Positions 62,701-64,000 of a DNA stretch of 64,000 nt are shown piece after piece; positions within the stretch are counted from its first letter, which is position 1, and every line of letters begins with the position of its first letter. The DNA lies in the NCBI GenBank assembly GCA_965215125.1, contig OZ244052.1, forward strand, positions 2,080,001-2,144,000, in the 5' to 3' direction. Under the pieces are notes generated by a model. The model worked only from the letters and a program-made list of their open reading frames with translations, was not told where the DNA came from and did no database searches. Made by a program: the position numbers and the translations under genes. This DNA is from an uncultured candidatus Porisulfidus sp. Lineage in GTDB: Bacteria; Pseudomonadota; Gammaproteobacteria; Poriferisulfidales; Oxydemutatoraceae.

Positions 62701-64000
62701 GTTCGGGTAATCCGGTAATTTTTGATTCGGTAACCGATATGCTCGAACACGAATTTTCCGGTACTGTGAGCGGTGTCAAAATAAAACCGATCACCCATCC
62801 TTTTGCAAATAAAGTAGAGATGTTTAGACCGGGGAGTTCCGCCGCCGAAGTCATAGCCGCAGGTGCGGAGAGTTCGGAAATCGCTTTAGCACAAGGCGAG
62901 ACGACGACGATTACCATCGTGGTGACCGCACAAAACGAAACGACAACTAGACCCTATATCGTGCTATTAAGCCGTGTAAATTCAAATACCGAATTAGACG
63001 GTATTAGCGTGCTTCCCGGCAGATTAGACCGACCTTTTAGATCCGATTTGAGGAGTTATAGTGTAGAGGGTCTTAGAAGAACGCTTACACTGACGGTCAG
63101 TGCTAAGACCGATCAAACGGTCGTAGCTAACGACACAGTTCTAACCAGTAACATAAGCCGAAACTTTAACTTGGATTACGGAGCAAACACGATTAGGATT
63201 GTAGTGACCGCAGCCGACGGAGTGACAACCGGGGGCTATACCGTGACCGCAATTCGTCCGGTCATCTTGGATCGTTTAGTACTGAGGGGGCTTAAGTCCG
63301 CCAATGGAACCCCCGTTGATTATACTTTTGACTCCTTTATAAGAAACTATACGGTGACGGTTGCGAACGATAGTTCGGAACTCACCGTGATACCCAACTC
63401 GGACGATGACGATATCGTGTACACAATTTCCGAAGCAGGCAGAGAACTGACACAAACTAACGGCAGGGTTTCAATTCCATTCAATGTGAGACAGACTAAA
63501 GTCATTAGTATAGTATTGACGGCACCGAACGGAACGACAAATACCTATGTGGTGCGTGCGACCCGTGAAATAAGTAACAATGCCAACTTGGATGTTTTGA
63601 GGATATTACCGGACGGCGGCACGGCGACGAGCTTCGACAATCTGGCAACAAGCACGAGTTATGTGTATCGCATTGCTAATCCGATAGTCGGCGACAAAAT
63701 AACCGAGCTTCGTTTGGAAGCGCAAGTGGAGCATAGTAGTGCGACGATTATAAGCTATACCATAGACGGTCTTGCGGTAGACGGCGTATCATTGGGTACG
63801 CGTAGCATAAACGATACTATTTCCGTAGACGAAGGCGAAACGAAGGAAGGCAAAATCAAAGTGCTTGCCCAAGACGCAATGACGAGCAAGACCTATACGG
63901 TGACGATTATGCGGCAACCGAGCCGAGATACGCGGTTGAGTATGCTGGAAGTGTTGTCCGAAGCGGTGGCGGGATTTAGTTTCGATCCTGCGGTGGCTAA
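29781..64000 (+). CDS. Giant (at least 11,406 aa, 3'-partial) secreted/surface protein with GLUG-repeat modules, PKD/Ig domains and cadherin-like beta-sandwich repeats
   Basis: ATG 29781 gives MKLSDNFLHIIIVSFMLFTGEAFS-QVG (signal-peptide-like). The same frame still reads EAVAGFSFDPAVA at 63960-63998. The ORF track lists no terminated + strand ORF in this frame past 29781, consistent with no internal stop. Recurrent motifs: DxDxDGLIEI, CxGYEL..LDF, GWQPIG, FDGNGYTISNL, VGGLVG/NSYATG and WDFGT..QYP.L. Confidence 0.92.
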   Translation, partial: MKLSDNFLHIIIVSFMLFTGEAFSQVGVRDNDPRVSIVSSSVGGVYKGDTIRYTIKLNAVTNRNTSVTLDIRESGSSDLIDSRYEGIRTVVIPAGSTRTTQTIPTNNISPGNRLVFSRVDLRIADPEGRAVYSIGEPARLSLAIVDSECGHAVDADIDDDGLIEICDLEDLNAIRYSLDGSGYRANRTAPLLNRGCDEDGDNGGVCRGYELTRSLDFNKASSYRSGRINRAWSEDLGWQPIGTISESFSGYFEANGFSISNLYIDRPIKTVGLFRSIAPSATINALTLLRVDVEGRSEVGSLVAVNEGIVSNINVVNGRVIGTIGTVGGLIGVNKGTVLTTNVLLDTVAGGVFERHCRNNRRSNECAEAEQVETVRDGDTVGGLIGDNDGDVSDNFVSTDVRGAERLGGLVGFNSGRLFGGNDARGTVRGNGYAGGLVGYTLSSITANKSNADVTVIGNYAGGLVGYACSRKINARECISSRGFIDPAPQTRISGSSASGNVNGVEYIGGLVGFSIANTIEESYASGDIEGSHNIGGLVGSAEDTAIEESYASGDIEGSYNIGGLVGSAEDSAIEESYAIGNVHGTAYSVGGLAGYISGGNITFSYATGSVLGDNSTDPDIDNDVNNVGGLIGRDDRARISKSYADNPQVSGADKVGGLIGIKFEGSVNVAYARSPVQGISRVGGLIGDNSGSVAFAYASGKLTASGGDVGGLIGYIPQGRTGIVTDSYWDTTETGSGSSRGGRGFADLKAPTAPATNASEVYYRWSTDDWDFGTNTEYPVLEPSVRIETIAVNGYTLVPAFNPDASNYYVVVGEDPSTISMNVAASDADTEFTVSKIDDNSSVTITGSNDDIPINLNAAPATTVLSVANTYTVRIIRSLNAQMTINVPSKGVEEGQNIRLSVDNNIENLVPLIYTWKQISPNSPLLMGGIDTGITVAQPEFNIEIPGNFVPSGQIAHELLLSVTISDGFGNTAVASEKLAVIKLNNGTADSLPRLGFIADTSILQSPDALQIIAADPDGEALSDAAQNLLYQWQFNETGISDWTDIDDANGAVLDIGKHDAPHARYRLRINYRDGQGYGDRLISAPTIPIVDKDRDGLIEIYYLEDLNAIRFQVNGSGYRASAEDKKITGGCPDAGCIGYELALDLDFEDDNSYRNLANKAGWTVSDFSNILDRGWTNIYQGTIGFPSIFEGNGHTLYNLQMNVTGGTTGVSLFANNSGVIRNFGIEDLKIGGLGTAPSIAGLSGDNTGKIINCYVRGEINTGNVNVLGGLSGGNTGGGEIINSHASLNIVSSGNHRSILGRGILVGYAERSRIINSYATGKLTITRHTGTGGLVGTAFNNSEIINSYAIVDIVSTAEVTDSIGALVGRLRGNNNKIINSYAMGSVTYIGNLATNIGGLVGFVEGNGTIRNSYSVAEVVTNSRSATTGGLIGRNNSNMPIVSSYWDTMTSGQAGGQPVNRFGRGKPTTEMQRGSAQSTDANGVYHNWNNENWDFGTARQYPVLKYIPHPALSGEPTCDAPGLPDCGTLISPALRYGLENLEADIGTLNPPFIAGGYYLGDVEIADLSTRRIRLIATTVEDDAVVNIYAADGQTLLQSGLLGGEPSMAFTFADAEPTRRFVLEVKGSRTIRQSVALTRVVAPTPPEVSGVKGCSELADFAQVSYLEELNEVRNNLRGKYCLTRNLDFQDDASYLDLDNRQTWTVDNFGNSGDIGWQPIGGAFNGVFDGNGYTIRNLQINRDNISRVGLFNAIGTGGTVRNLILGNIRVEAHRTAVLWAGGLAGDNNGTILNSGIIGGKVEGDGSASGQPNFIGGLVGRNNGAGVNIGDIYNSFVVDTVVGVITGTNPDSHNVGGLVGRNINGGEVHNSYAEVVARGYCHVGGLVGNQFTSNRGNADTISTIRNSYADVTLTALSGTCRIGEARAKLVGFNNASDIINSYARGTPVGTGLIGGRVGTFDITRSYWDSGPSNLGNLSRSSAQLRSPIGPNATSPELYTNWSTADWDFGTDTQYPILKHASGRNNNACGSTVTPACGTLISPQQRYGLSSLVLAGADTLSPAFDPNLLKYSATVTNDDDGIIRLTPTIKGTDAVFRVYIDDDKERPRFDLKNGDSSNDITLVHGNNRIIVEVDPRVSGVEAFRYTLDLYSLRYGVEDLYSSRIKDSRSSFIEIDSLEDLHAIRDNLGGSYRLTRDLDFRNDASYDNPTMNKAAWTVDDFADSADTGWQPIGDTFTGTFDGNGYTISNLQMNRAADNQGLFASIGSTGVVRNLGLIGVNINGGSSNSIGSLVGNNRGTIIASYAAGKVSGSLRVGGLVGNHIEGLIANSYAAVNVSGSQFIGGLVGRNTARILNSYAIGKVSGSSNFHGLVGVRSVGSSIINSASGAGSIGATFSYIQNSVVGSTLTCGAIGLPNCEDPIAPQLRHGLRNLTLETGRMSPAFRVNLPQYVGAVNAEDNAIRLIPTARDPDADITIYLITDQGRTQIGNIIGSGDTAAPILIMHDSVARVVIEVDPSTADAPVVQYLLHLRLLPPTDIENLEDLYAIRDNPDGIYRLARHLDFLDAASYRSGVVGTAWTVDDFDNSADTGWLPIGDTFNGIFDGNGYTIRNLQINRDNTDRVGLFGTVGADGTIKNLILRDIRVEAHRTGELYAGGLVGDNNGMILNSGVIGAQVEGAGSVSGESNLIGGLVGRNDGSIANIGDIYNSFVVDAEVGVIEGTAPDSHSVGGLVGGNIHGGEIHNSHTEGTVNGHCHLGGLVGNQFTADRSDADRISTIENSYANVTLTQPSGTCRITFARGKLIGLNDRSDIANSYARGLPGNVGLIGLSMNGGTLSDSYWDAGTSSQGGISRTSTQLQSPTDARGIYGNWSADNWYFGTATEYPTLKYTQNPDDRGSPACDGAGLPACGDRIVPRLRYVSLRDLTVVDGELFPVFDAADYSYSGIVASSDAVIRLSPVANDLAAEIKIYLVDRTDRMQLGRVIGSGDTSDPIRLNRYNSNHIIVEIRPSASGVPAVEYPLYLQYRRASEIESLEDLYAIRNNLNGAYRLSKNLDFDDDASYRFPEFKANWTVDNYNDAADLGWIPIGDETKPFTGSFDGNGYTISNLQINNNDESIYKGLFGVVGRSATVRNLGLLDAEIEVIQVREGEDLFVNPGVGVGTLTGKNDGTVIDSYAHGVIRGDVGLGGLVGFNSRSGEILNSYAVCTITARGVDIGGLVGYSEGRIGNSYAAGIITGSSFRVGGLLGVGLSASVLYNSYADSFISSIGSVGGLIGFDEEGGARDVYASGIVSGIRDDTGGLVGVSEAGRYINSYSISEVAGGVEDGTNISLEGGLFSRTNRATIENSYFADSSLPIVVDSPEVNLRNINSSVFTPAELRAATAQSTNASDVYYRWSDDNWDFGDTTQYPVLRYAPNVGGRTTACDGDGLPNCGDVIPRRALSALRIVDGKGRFDSFVFDPRYRFHSGVIESSTDMTQLVAVAASTDARITFVSFDTSGNETGRSTPMRSGREGVLSADISLSETEATHVAIEVITPGSVDRYHLSLRYRHIPVDQDDNFYTKIDTLDDLNAIRNNLDGSYLLTRHLDFNDDASYRNPSFKNSWTVADFADNADFGWIPIGSTNNGFTGTFDGNGYTISGLQINRDNSSNQGLFAFIGDNGIVRDLGLLDVKIDAGNTVGALAANSRGTIIGSFVVGEITARGIYAGGLVGLAQSATDYIINSYAVVNIEAVGSGAKSGYGGLVGVSLGDTRIINSFAHGTIVGSIDDAGGLFGSTFLSSRVKTIQNSYATVDIRANNKAGGLVGLSAANDSIVNSYATGSVHADTNVGGGLVGSIEGDTFFNNVVDKSYAISGVTGGSNLGGLIGATSGTRVTVDNSYWDIQTNRLDTSAGGTGRTTTELQSPITNSGIYSSWSTADWDFGNARQYPILKYTQNSETGDARACDGDGLPNCGNPISPQIRNGLKDLTLAGGVELSPPFGIKHSSLIGGYSGSVNANPIRIIPTAMQDNANINIYIDTVNDKRRPDQRIIKDVFGFSDAISAPITLREDGINRIVLEIVGTETVYYPLYIRYIGDSMSATDRNGDGFIDIYYLEHLAEIRNNLGGTYKLMRDLDFEDPDSYLAGAINRQWVVRDFGNTTDTGWTPIGSHTGRFNGTFDGNGFVISNLQINRDDTNDQGLFGNIDSNAVVSDLGLSDLTIEGDQYLGAFGGTNRGIIIGSHATGSVKGNQYVGGLVGDNLEAARIINSYAAVNVGGESTVGGLVARSDALIINSYATGTVSGERSLGGLVGLQRNGQIGNSYATGDVSTGVVNEGNNTFEFVGGLVGLKDVNGEIRDSYATGSVGGVNTARVGGLAGRSAGNTARISNSYATGSVVGSGGSQGGLVGEGASITVRDGYWNNQTSGLDASAAGTGKTTMELQLPTMATGIYANWSIDNWDFGSSIEYPILKYIRNPDSNGRRICNGNGLPNCGDLIGGQIRDGRLPIDRDANGFTEIYYLDNLHAIGTSTSTLAGRYELMRDLNFDDPSSYFAGEINRDWVVVDFANTTDTGWLPIGGITTPFTGEFNGNGYTIERLQINRSGQNNQGLFGVIDSSGVVRNLGLSNLRVAAGSRIGGIAGTLRGKIVNSYATGAVSGVGDVGGIVGVAAGTGVIVNSRSGIRLSATGINAGGMLGRCNNGCTILNSFAVGSVAGIGTNEDNIGGFVGRAEATSNIGNNYAWVDVSGGPFQTLLKVNANGGFFGALSINNNNVSVNANYSIGPSSLAYAGRQRSIVATINIARANYYNSDTVEPNSAPSPQVFAGRTMRQLRTPTEAGRNSGQIYYRWSPADWDFGTEMQYPLLKYTAATDVLGRSACRSAGDAPSRLPMCGTLIAPKTRYGLSALTARYAQLTTPFDDALSDIGGAYYTTVLNDVPRMRLVATTREATATYSVYIGGVRTPENMDIENGAISGEIVLAADGTTEVVIVVHGTRTVRYTLYLDYRFETSIDADNDGLVDLHYLEDVAMVHLNYQREIGYRRGGELNTLGCPNGVCRGYELMRDLDFNDPASYRDPARNGVMRRWTGQGWDSPNLSNAVFKGNGYEISNLKVTANISRNDAFFHLAFGTDIDGLGLVNVDISADNAADPHSVELAGLVGTFVNQIDNRGTIRNSYVIGDIRGAGSANISGLTYRAVGYSVSNSYFIGTLRLLGNNRRDNVIVSANGLVTSSAGFSSDSLGNSRAIGRIETAIENELIDTAMLGVDSTRSLNIGNSYASMLMTRAGVAQGNLSNSLARITNSYFDRDIARVDVPASRASSGAELRATTMTGIFADWDADDWDFGGAGQSPVIKYNSDECQRARHDNPLCGKILPHQGSLMERFELLGNAGLSRPFDFAIFNDYEIVVGADQQGLRFVAEAFAPNADIVVYKTTTDAEVVRVKSGADTPPIALNTVGDTLLDVVVEEGEDRKSFRYRFNVSRLNERIDLAAVDGDDGFIDIATPEQLNAMRHSLNGSFYRASRNGSRVYCRIGCRGYELTADIDLAGIDWQPIGRNGARFNTHFKGNGYVISNLTIHDPAFDEIGMFAYLGVDARLEDIHLRDASIRSSRFRNTIATLAVRNYGTIFNGRTENADILVGGNFGGGALVYENFGRIINSGAVGGMINHRSGAAGLVRLNRGTIKDSFATIAINNLSNRVGSGLVSRNFSGGEIDNSYAQSIISGNNVTIAGLVDNNEGLINNSYAINGPLVRTASGSLEVENSYWDRDTAAPGATSAGGAARTTIELQLADREKNSTDNVYNTWDTEQWHFGNADQYPTVLYHGTGLCTQPTEAQLQSCDTLVSAGLSQADRALVCRDRLLRNRADPPYCGALVPYQNRRGLIGLELPTDTRLVPEFSPEVESYNLMTSGTITVFHTTPTAYYHTDTVTFKVGNTEQIVADNTRTEEITVNRADVDAVTLSVRSAADTTRTYTINLRSPDYQDDIDIRLSALDNLKLFPDFNKNTADYHLIAYSDTDRVRLTTTATDPLGFVPSIEITADNGLSPVVLEGVGVAEVVLNPDAVTEITVVVSGQQRYRFEYRIVVERLPFRSRLDGSNLIDKDGNGLIEIDYLEQLDAMRYGLDGRGYSYAVETTTTLIKINSGCPAGGCRGYELTKDLSFLDDASYIDAQRAMPLWTEGTGWQPIGDFSNPFTAEFIADGYTISGLRINRRNTDNIGLFGVVSNAKIRGIGVLNAELRGASNVGILAGSSRESSNIINSYATGTVRAVNNGGGLIGVYQGNIVHSHANVSVEVNATAGGLVGELLPGNIRKSHVSGAVYSFSGIAGGLVGEVENATISDSYATATINASRSGGLVGSVTSHSPEAVGVRINNSYAIGVNRSAQSAGLVLNVLNVPIEVNYSYWDVDTSGVRNGLGGTSRTTVELQSTTTEIYNNWRSEIWDFGNNMQYPRLKYTTATDTLGSPPICRSASDISSRLPVCDELLPDQYIGLTDLVFSSEVLQLIPAFNSNIYDYTLVLKADETGFHTTPTYVGTVYRLSVDNNDLGNLASGTASSRIPVTASGSTRIELGKGGVVYTFTALRHPYLRINDMDVDDDGLIEIRNRTELDAMRYQPDGSGYRSPTVNEKISVGCPPVTGCVGYELAASIDLSGADWDPVGRINPATLDCSDGNSRCFAAIFDGNRALGYEISGLSIATPNRDNVGLFAHLSADAEILNLTLSDVSVAGWGGVGALAGYNAGIVRNVQVAGEVDGESDVGGVIGYNVGRLSSVRADPIRVVGNNIEGGYGELIGGLVGRSLGGSIVDSGATGEVIGRAFVGGLVGESDGLIEGSFADAVVIDTGASDGESYAIGGLVGYNTDKIYNSYAGGSVSGSSSVGGLVGINYQSFNNEGRIVNSYAIGSVLGINAIGGLVGRNEHNGKVSASYALGEVSGDVRVGGLVGLNFGTLVNTYATGATNSKQKVGGLVGDNLNTSDRSIVNSYAIGRVSDVSESGGLVGFNLRYSDIRSIRHSYWNLETAGVIDSRLGIGQTTVALLTPTAATGIYANWDTNLWDFGTSEHYPQLRYGRGDDSDNPACGGGGQPTCGSVRSYGLSDLQVLGSVLFSPRFTTPRLRYRIAAYVELSGSLRLIPHATDPDSMITIAYNGNEINVADGAVSDPIVLNPGVDDAIIVSVRNTGGTIEYILEIDYSGFDSDRILADSDGDGLIEITTLDDLYAVRYGLDGSAYIHILPDGELLPIAEGCPTTPTVGCKGYELTRDLDFRDAASYRSGVVNTKWADNWNPIGDDDNQFNAVFDGNGYYLRNLSLRGTRTKDAIGLFHTLGRNAEVKNLRLRGVNIYDVIGRAFNSRRAEKQGSLAGENRGRIYDVGVSDITALVGSSYNRRALKQSRFGGLVGVNRGGEISHSFAQVYIYSFSPHSGIFGDIVGGLVGRNDRGAKIKNSYATGAISGHCRLGGLVGEHVSANRNTAENISTIENSYARVNTNKVLNVKCIDEVFNVEGFVQGFGGLVGFMDQADIVNSYAAARQSGGVLGLIGRVRGTASAANSYWDNILNDKQSASTGVGETTAFGGQTTAVLQGTTTTIGIYASWNSDDWDFGTDEQYPTLKAADGSIAMQILDDSLVRNVEVRNAVIAKINDITRDFNHSRNSNRYAIYVDSTRLPLAITFITTPTVPGLETTLYCGDVRCPLVGIGDTLMLGHSDIQEITLAAGAGNRVMRYYFDIVREDLTLDNVTTINLKEGDTFTVSGDYAGNSDINWSQIAGPTIGIADANSLNLKLIPQVNLIANDSEHSDVRFRLAVSVDDKNGNPQVYLGREISARINKVNNGPITGDITLALNNDKITVTENLSDIDGSLTNAVRQFQRRSIGGNWADTNLTGSGLEYTAPREAIDYQYRLIGTYIDGQGYRDPVVSNTIIVPAISISLLSDTDNDSVANDDDIDDDNDGLIEIRYLEDLNAIRYQLDGSGYRASASADLNTRGCPNTGCFGYELTRNLNFTAAGAYRSGVVNGAWTVSDGQFTTTAEGWQPIGGAFNATFNGNGYFIARMSISRSSVGTRSNVGLFSEIGANGKIENLVIDFPAIKGLAGVKNVGSITGLLRRGGVIRNSDVYGTRDAGSSLRVIRTDRGSVGGLVGVNEGYILNSGARINVSVQDSDSTISNNGNVTVGGLVGRNRNGGRIHNSFYARGEIVGHCIAGGLVGSQETAGGSGDAISEIKNSYVFHDSRVLMRNASCTTRYLGGLVGRHLNGKSIIADSYAGGRAYALSLTPGGGSQCNGQGSFGRIANVQAQTDIRIAGLLNYTPGTDRVPTNSYWRREPYACVQSVPVFGAFVPIDTLAVTQADIGNRRSENNLRNPTAPCLSSSCTTYEDWNADDWDFGTDAQYALLRYTEGTNSADPACDFNDRTPLPRCGAFLSGQPNRNLVSPRLPTLSVIPPQAVIGYTLNGVSSVLNTLNTLTLNEGDTLSLDAGNSFSSDTAALNYRWKQTSGPELLSGTNAKSMIRFNVRNDLLPMATDRGRAIIRLEVLKRDNPGLSAFEYITINIIKTNRIGSGSVYWVDTSLIAPTEIIDADGTPITDIGYQWQRRMSGSLVDIAEETEAIYRVPDNAVNGEYRLKLSYTDGQGYADTIFISAPTYSPTRTVDTDADGLIDIFYIEQLNAIRYQLGGTSYKASMNATPNTKGCPSGSCKGYELLRDLDFDEPDSYSNTASNVVERWNDWDPIGTVVNRHQGFCSGSNQCFTGIFEGNEYTISNIRIRDGAFSTGVGFFAAVSGTAEIRRVRMAKVDVLGGFAVGTLVGGFAGGKIIDSHVLSGLVRANREDGGCLVGEVRGTNVEISNSSARCDLIGSVRLGGLVGMGNPTISNSFATGTMKLEFNNERGEEIGYGGLIGVLTQSGSIENSSSTMSITTEAARQNSSGFEHGLGGLAGITKTNTSIKNSYATGDMTARRPNFNNIRVGGLVGISVSDISGSYATGNVNRFGNDVINIMGGLVGENKGAISDSYATGNVRGNDKIGGLVGVNEGTVNNSYAIGDVTGGLSIGGLAGEMSGNISNSHATGKISINAGNNITLRAGGLIGDIRTGTVSNSYASGILSTSASNGAGLGGLVGYNNDPGTINNSYAAVSFRAAGANRGGLVGSNVSGNGISNSYSISEGLSDIRGRGLVNFNIGRSQRSYWDIDRSGQFSDGSGGTLGFSSEILKLMSVPGVNRHPYINWSTEHWDSGTTEQYPAIRYHDSTCSTNTPSANCRNILPRQRLGLRDLRFTQIGGRRQLQISPSFNNAVIKNDFDREAIENYTVLVDSKTSGIEISATASDPAGMITINGSSMSVGSANYVLVPDFPDAMTLNISVSQPYEITGKENLDVEYHLTLGTFPEINTITRNAAENEHAQSLSDSVPIREGHFITLTGRFIDLDGDDLRYEWTVDETQVSLLDRAALNGVVAGGSGNAALSFYLREDFIAADRSSETVRASLTVSDSDGSTVVREQSFVVVKYDNGTIDGISTPTRIGLIYTAPALDRVQLAEDPDGAGNPNDIRYRWQQQLDGSWSDVVNGSLGSYTIGGAIADYYRVVLNYSDGQGYRKDIVSAPVPASPEFVREVIPTSEGGSLEVFLDAAGLTPEFQRTREEYDVPSDTDSVDIVVISRSDAVYVNNMRIQGRVTTADLDYGDNKIIVELRGEDSSTRSYTIYRAYDVSLHRWGVAWQGVSPQTLDFLGTDLEPDPPVRISNDVDSITVTARVNELIDITIRSAGSTVGSITTSTQADELVAQAKISDLALGEHSIEFLLTSPDRRSTASHIVKVWRRYSSRLKNLSVVGMQPSIFNPERLEYFVSIPNHWEALNLNFETNERATLFVQGASISGGSTVATNLRIGRNTVPIRVTAPREQDTIYTIIVMRRYNLDLRSLSLTDLQMTPVALSPAFASTRHTYTAVVAAETSRVTVTFATDLELRSSVKAPGPVTVNEKTIQNNDPDDRIEKTTSIPLSFGENTIVIETSALGQRQATTLTVTRLRSSNAELRSLQLRDTENTDLLAGVFATDTLSYDIDVANDNNFIALILGPQDDNVSGITWNGVPLSLSGLKTTGLVTSPSRRLAIGENEIKLKIIAHNEMSSQTYTLRIDRAPSSNARLDSFQITPFSEGVPNPPVSPQNFNAETLSYTLPKQENEINCITVTPVAVDDEATLEITKNGDIPETDYFAGKNNRESSGCIDLNIGENTIVIQVTASDKTTVRPYTISIARKASSNTDLSAPPTVSGTTATRVIGTDNYTAMLDRNTTSFSVSVATAHPNATVLIRTTDNDEAGPSRTASIDSIPISVAEPVQEITIIVTAQDGTPKEYTLTVRLILNMDASLERITVAGTPAVRQADGTYTATVGDNVANVSVTAVARDSLATVEIKEVGTTPTSGTRSATKRVSLAETGDSKTIEIEVTAQDVRIVENYPLTITRAESSNDCLEALAILNSADNSRAAGRTLGSCNDTKQSFNIANSVARILIQATAENNRANITVRVPGDTAGEQVSSGENSTKAVAVPEGGTTTITAVVTAQNGATSRTYTVAVKRAASSDTDLKNLQVLANNVNQLTTFSSEKETHDVDVSNAITRATVIIETHSQAKIKLNIDGAEDIATGTGMISTEFELKGTGTTNRIRVRIVITPQDESTTRGYTVFVTRADPDSTNADLGTIGFEVDRDQDGTYTPLPVTVTAPEEEGSTTYSALIRGIAGLEVQNIIRIRVSPRAFDGAATVSINGGTAVSAPSLNLMLDAALDQEEEAISIKVIAENPTTSRTYSLLITRESSSDTGLRSLTIGGGALQLDDATTEYTATIAENVENTIMSASARHSSATLILREQGDTTRVDSRSRSVSRLINIADTGDRRTFEIIVTAQNRRTTRAYTVRVNRNPSTDVSLNIAVGGTPALRRTDGTYTASIGERTTNTTVVLTAGNRFAMVEVMGDGISSESDIGRLSKQVAIDNPGETSELRITVTPQAAGIEAQDYTLTVRRDRSTDASLSRLELLPQPPSSGNPVIFDSVTDMLEHEFSGTVSGVKIKPITHPFANKVEMFRPGSSAAEVIAAGAESSEIALAQGETTTITIVVTAQNETTTRPYIVLLSRVNSNTELDGISVLPGRLDRPFRSDLRSYSVEGLRRTLTLTVSAKTDQTVVANDTVLTSNISRNFNLDYGANTIRIVVTAADGVTTGGYTVTAIRPVILDRLVLRGLKSANGTPVDYTFDSFIRNYTVTVANDSSELTVIPNSDDDDIVYTISEAGRELTQTNGRVSIPFNVRQTKVISIVLTAPNGTTNTYVVRATREISNNANLDVLRILPDGGTATSFDNLATSTSYVYRIANPIVGDKITELRLEAQVEHSSATIISYTIDGLAVDGVSLGTRSINDTISVDEGETKEGKIKVLAQDAMTSKTYTVTIMRQPSRDTRLSMLEVLSEAVAGFSFDPAVA
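30230..57430 (+). repeat. Array of about 16 GLUG-type modules within the giant CDS
   Basis: W(D/Y/H)(F/S)G module ends at about 32091, 34257, 35788, 38388, 39960, 41514, 43068, 44246, 45705, 47103, 48997, 50829, 52455, 54792 and 57324. One shortened module at about 36285-37020 lacks this end. Confidence 0.8.
31338..31518 (+). repeat. 81-bp (27-aa) coding tandem repeat, about 2.2 copies
   Basis: Units start at 31338, 31419 and 31500: IEESYASGDIEGS(H/Y)NIGGLVGSAED(T/S)A. Confidence 0.9.
58450..64000 (+). repeat. Tandem cadherin-like beta-sandwich domains (about 90-110 aa each) within the giant CDS
   Basis: Repeating SSx(T/A)xLxxL...Y...I.VTA(Q/E)(D/N)....YT(V/L).V.R pattern from about 58.5 kb to the window end. 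Confidence 0.8.

Noticed and set aside
30566-62917. Dozens of short ORFs (mostly minus strand) listed in the ORF track
   Set aside because: They are antisense or alternate-frame shadows of the giant CDS. Recurrent TKPP/ADQTT strings are reverse-strand readings of GGLVG codons.
29781-64000. Giant protein as an M26/IgA-protease-like metallopeptidase, RTX toxin or NRPS/PKS
   Set aside because: I noticed no HExxH catalytic domain, GGxGxD nonapeptide runs or NRPS/PKS motifs in the parts read. The C-terminus lies outside the window, so this remains open there.

Overview
This looks like a gammaproteobacterial chromosome window. The gene content resembles Chromatiales/Thiotrichales, and a host-associated marine lifestyle is an inference only. 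Bases 1-29.5 kb are mostly housekeeping genes: moaB/moaE/moeA, smr, surE-pcm-yqaA-nlpD, alaC-hom-thrC, kdsC, hpf-ptsN-hprK-rapZ-EIIA-ptsH-ptsI-mgtE, tkt-gap-pgk-pyk-fba and tRNA-Leu(CAA). Scattered among them are IS3-family ends, an Rpn-family nuclease gene, a decayed restriction-modification pair, a frameshifted sulfotransferase and a family of nested, modular MITE/REP-like repeats. The main feature is missing from the supplied ORF track because it has no stop codon in the window: one plus-strand reading frame from ATG 29781 to beyond 64000 (at least 11,406 codons). It encodes a giant surface or secreted protein with a signal peptide. It contains about 16 GLUG-type modules with Cys caps (most opening with a DxDxDG motif), four PKD/Ig spacers and a long cadherin-like beta-sandwich stalk. 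An orphan C-terminal fragment ending IRIRAKVFLEGSMQ (1699-1899) may show the export or anchoring tag of this protein class.
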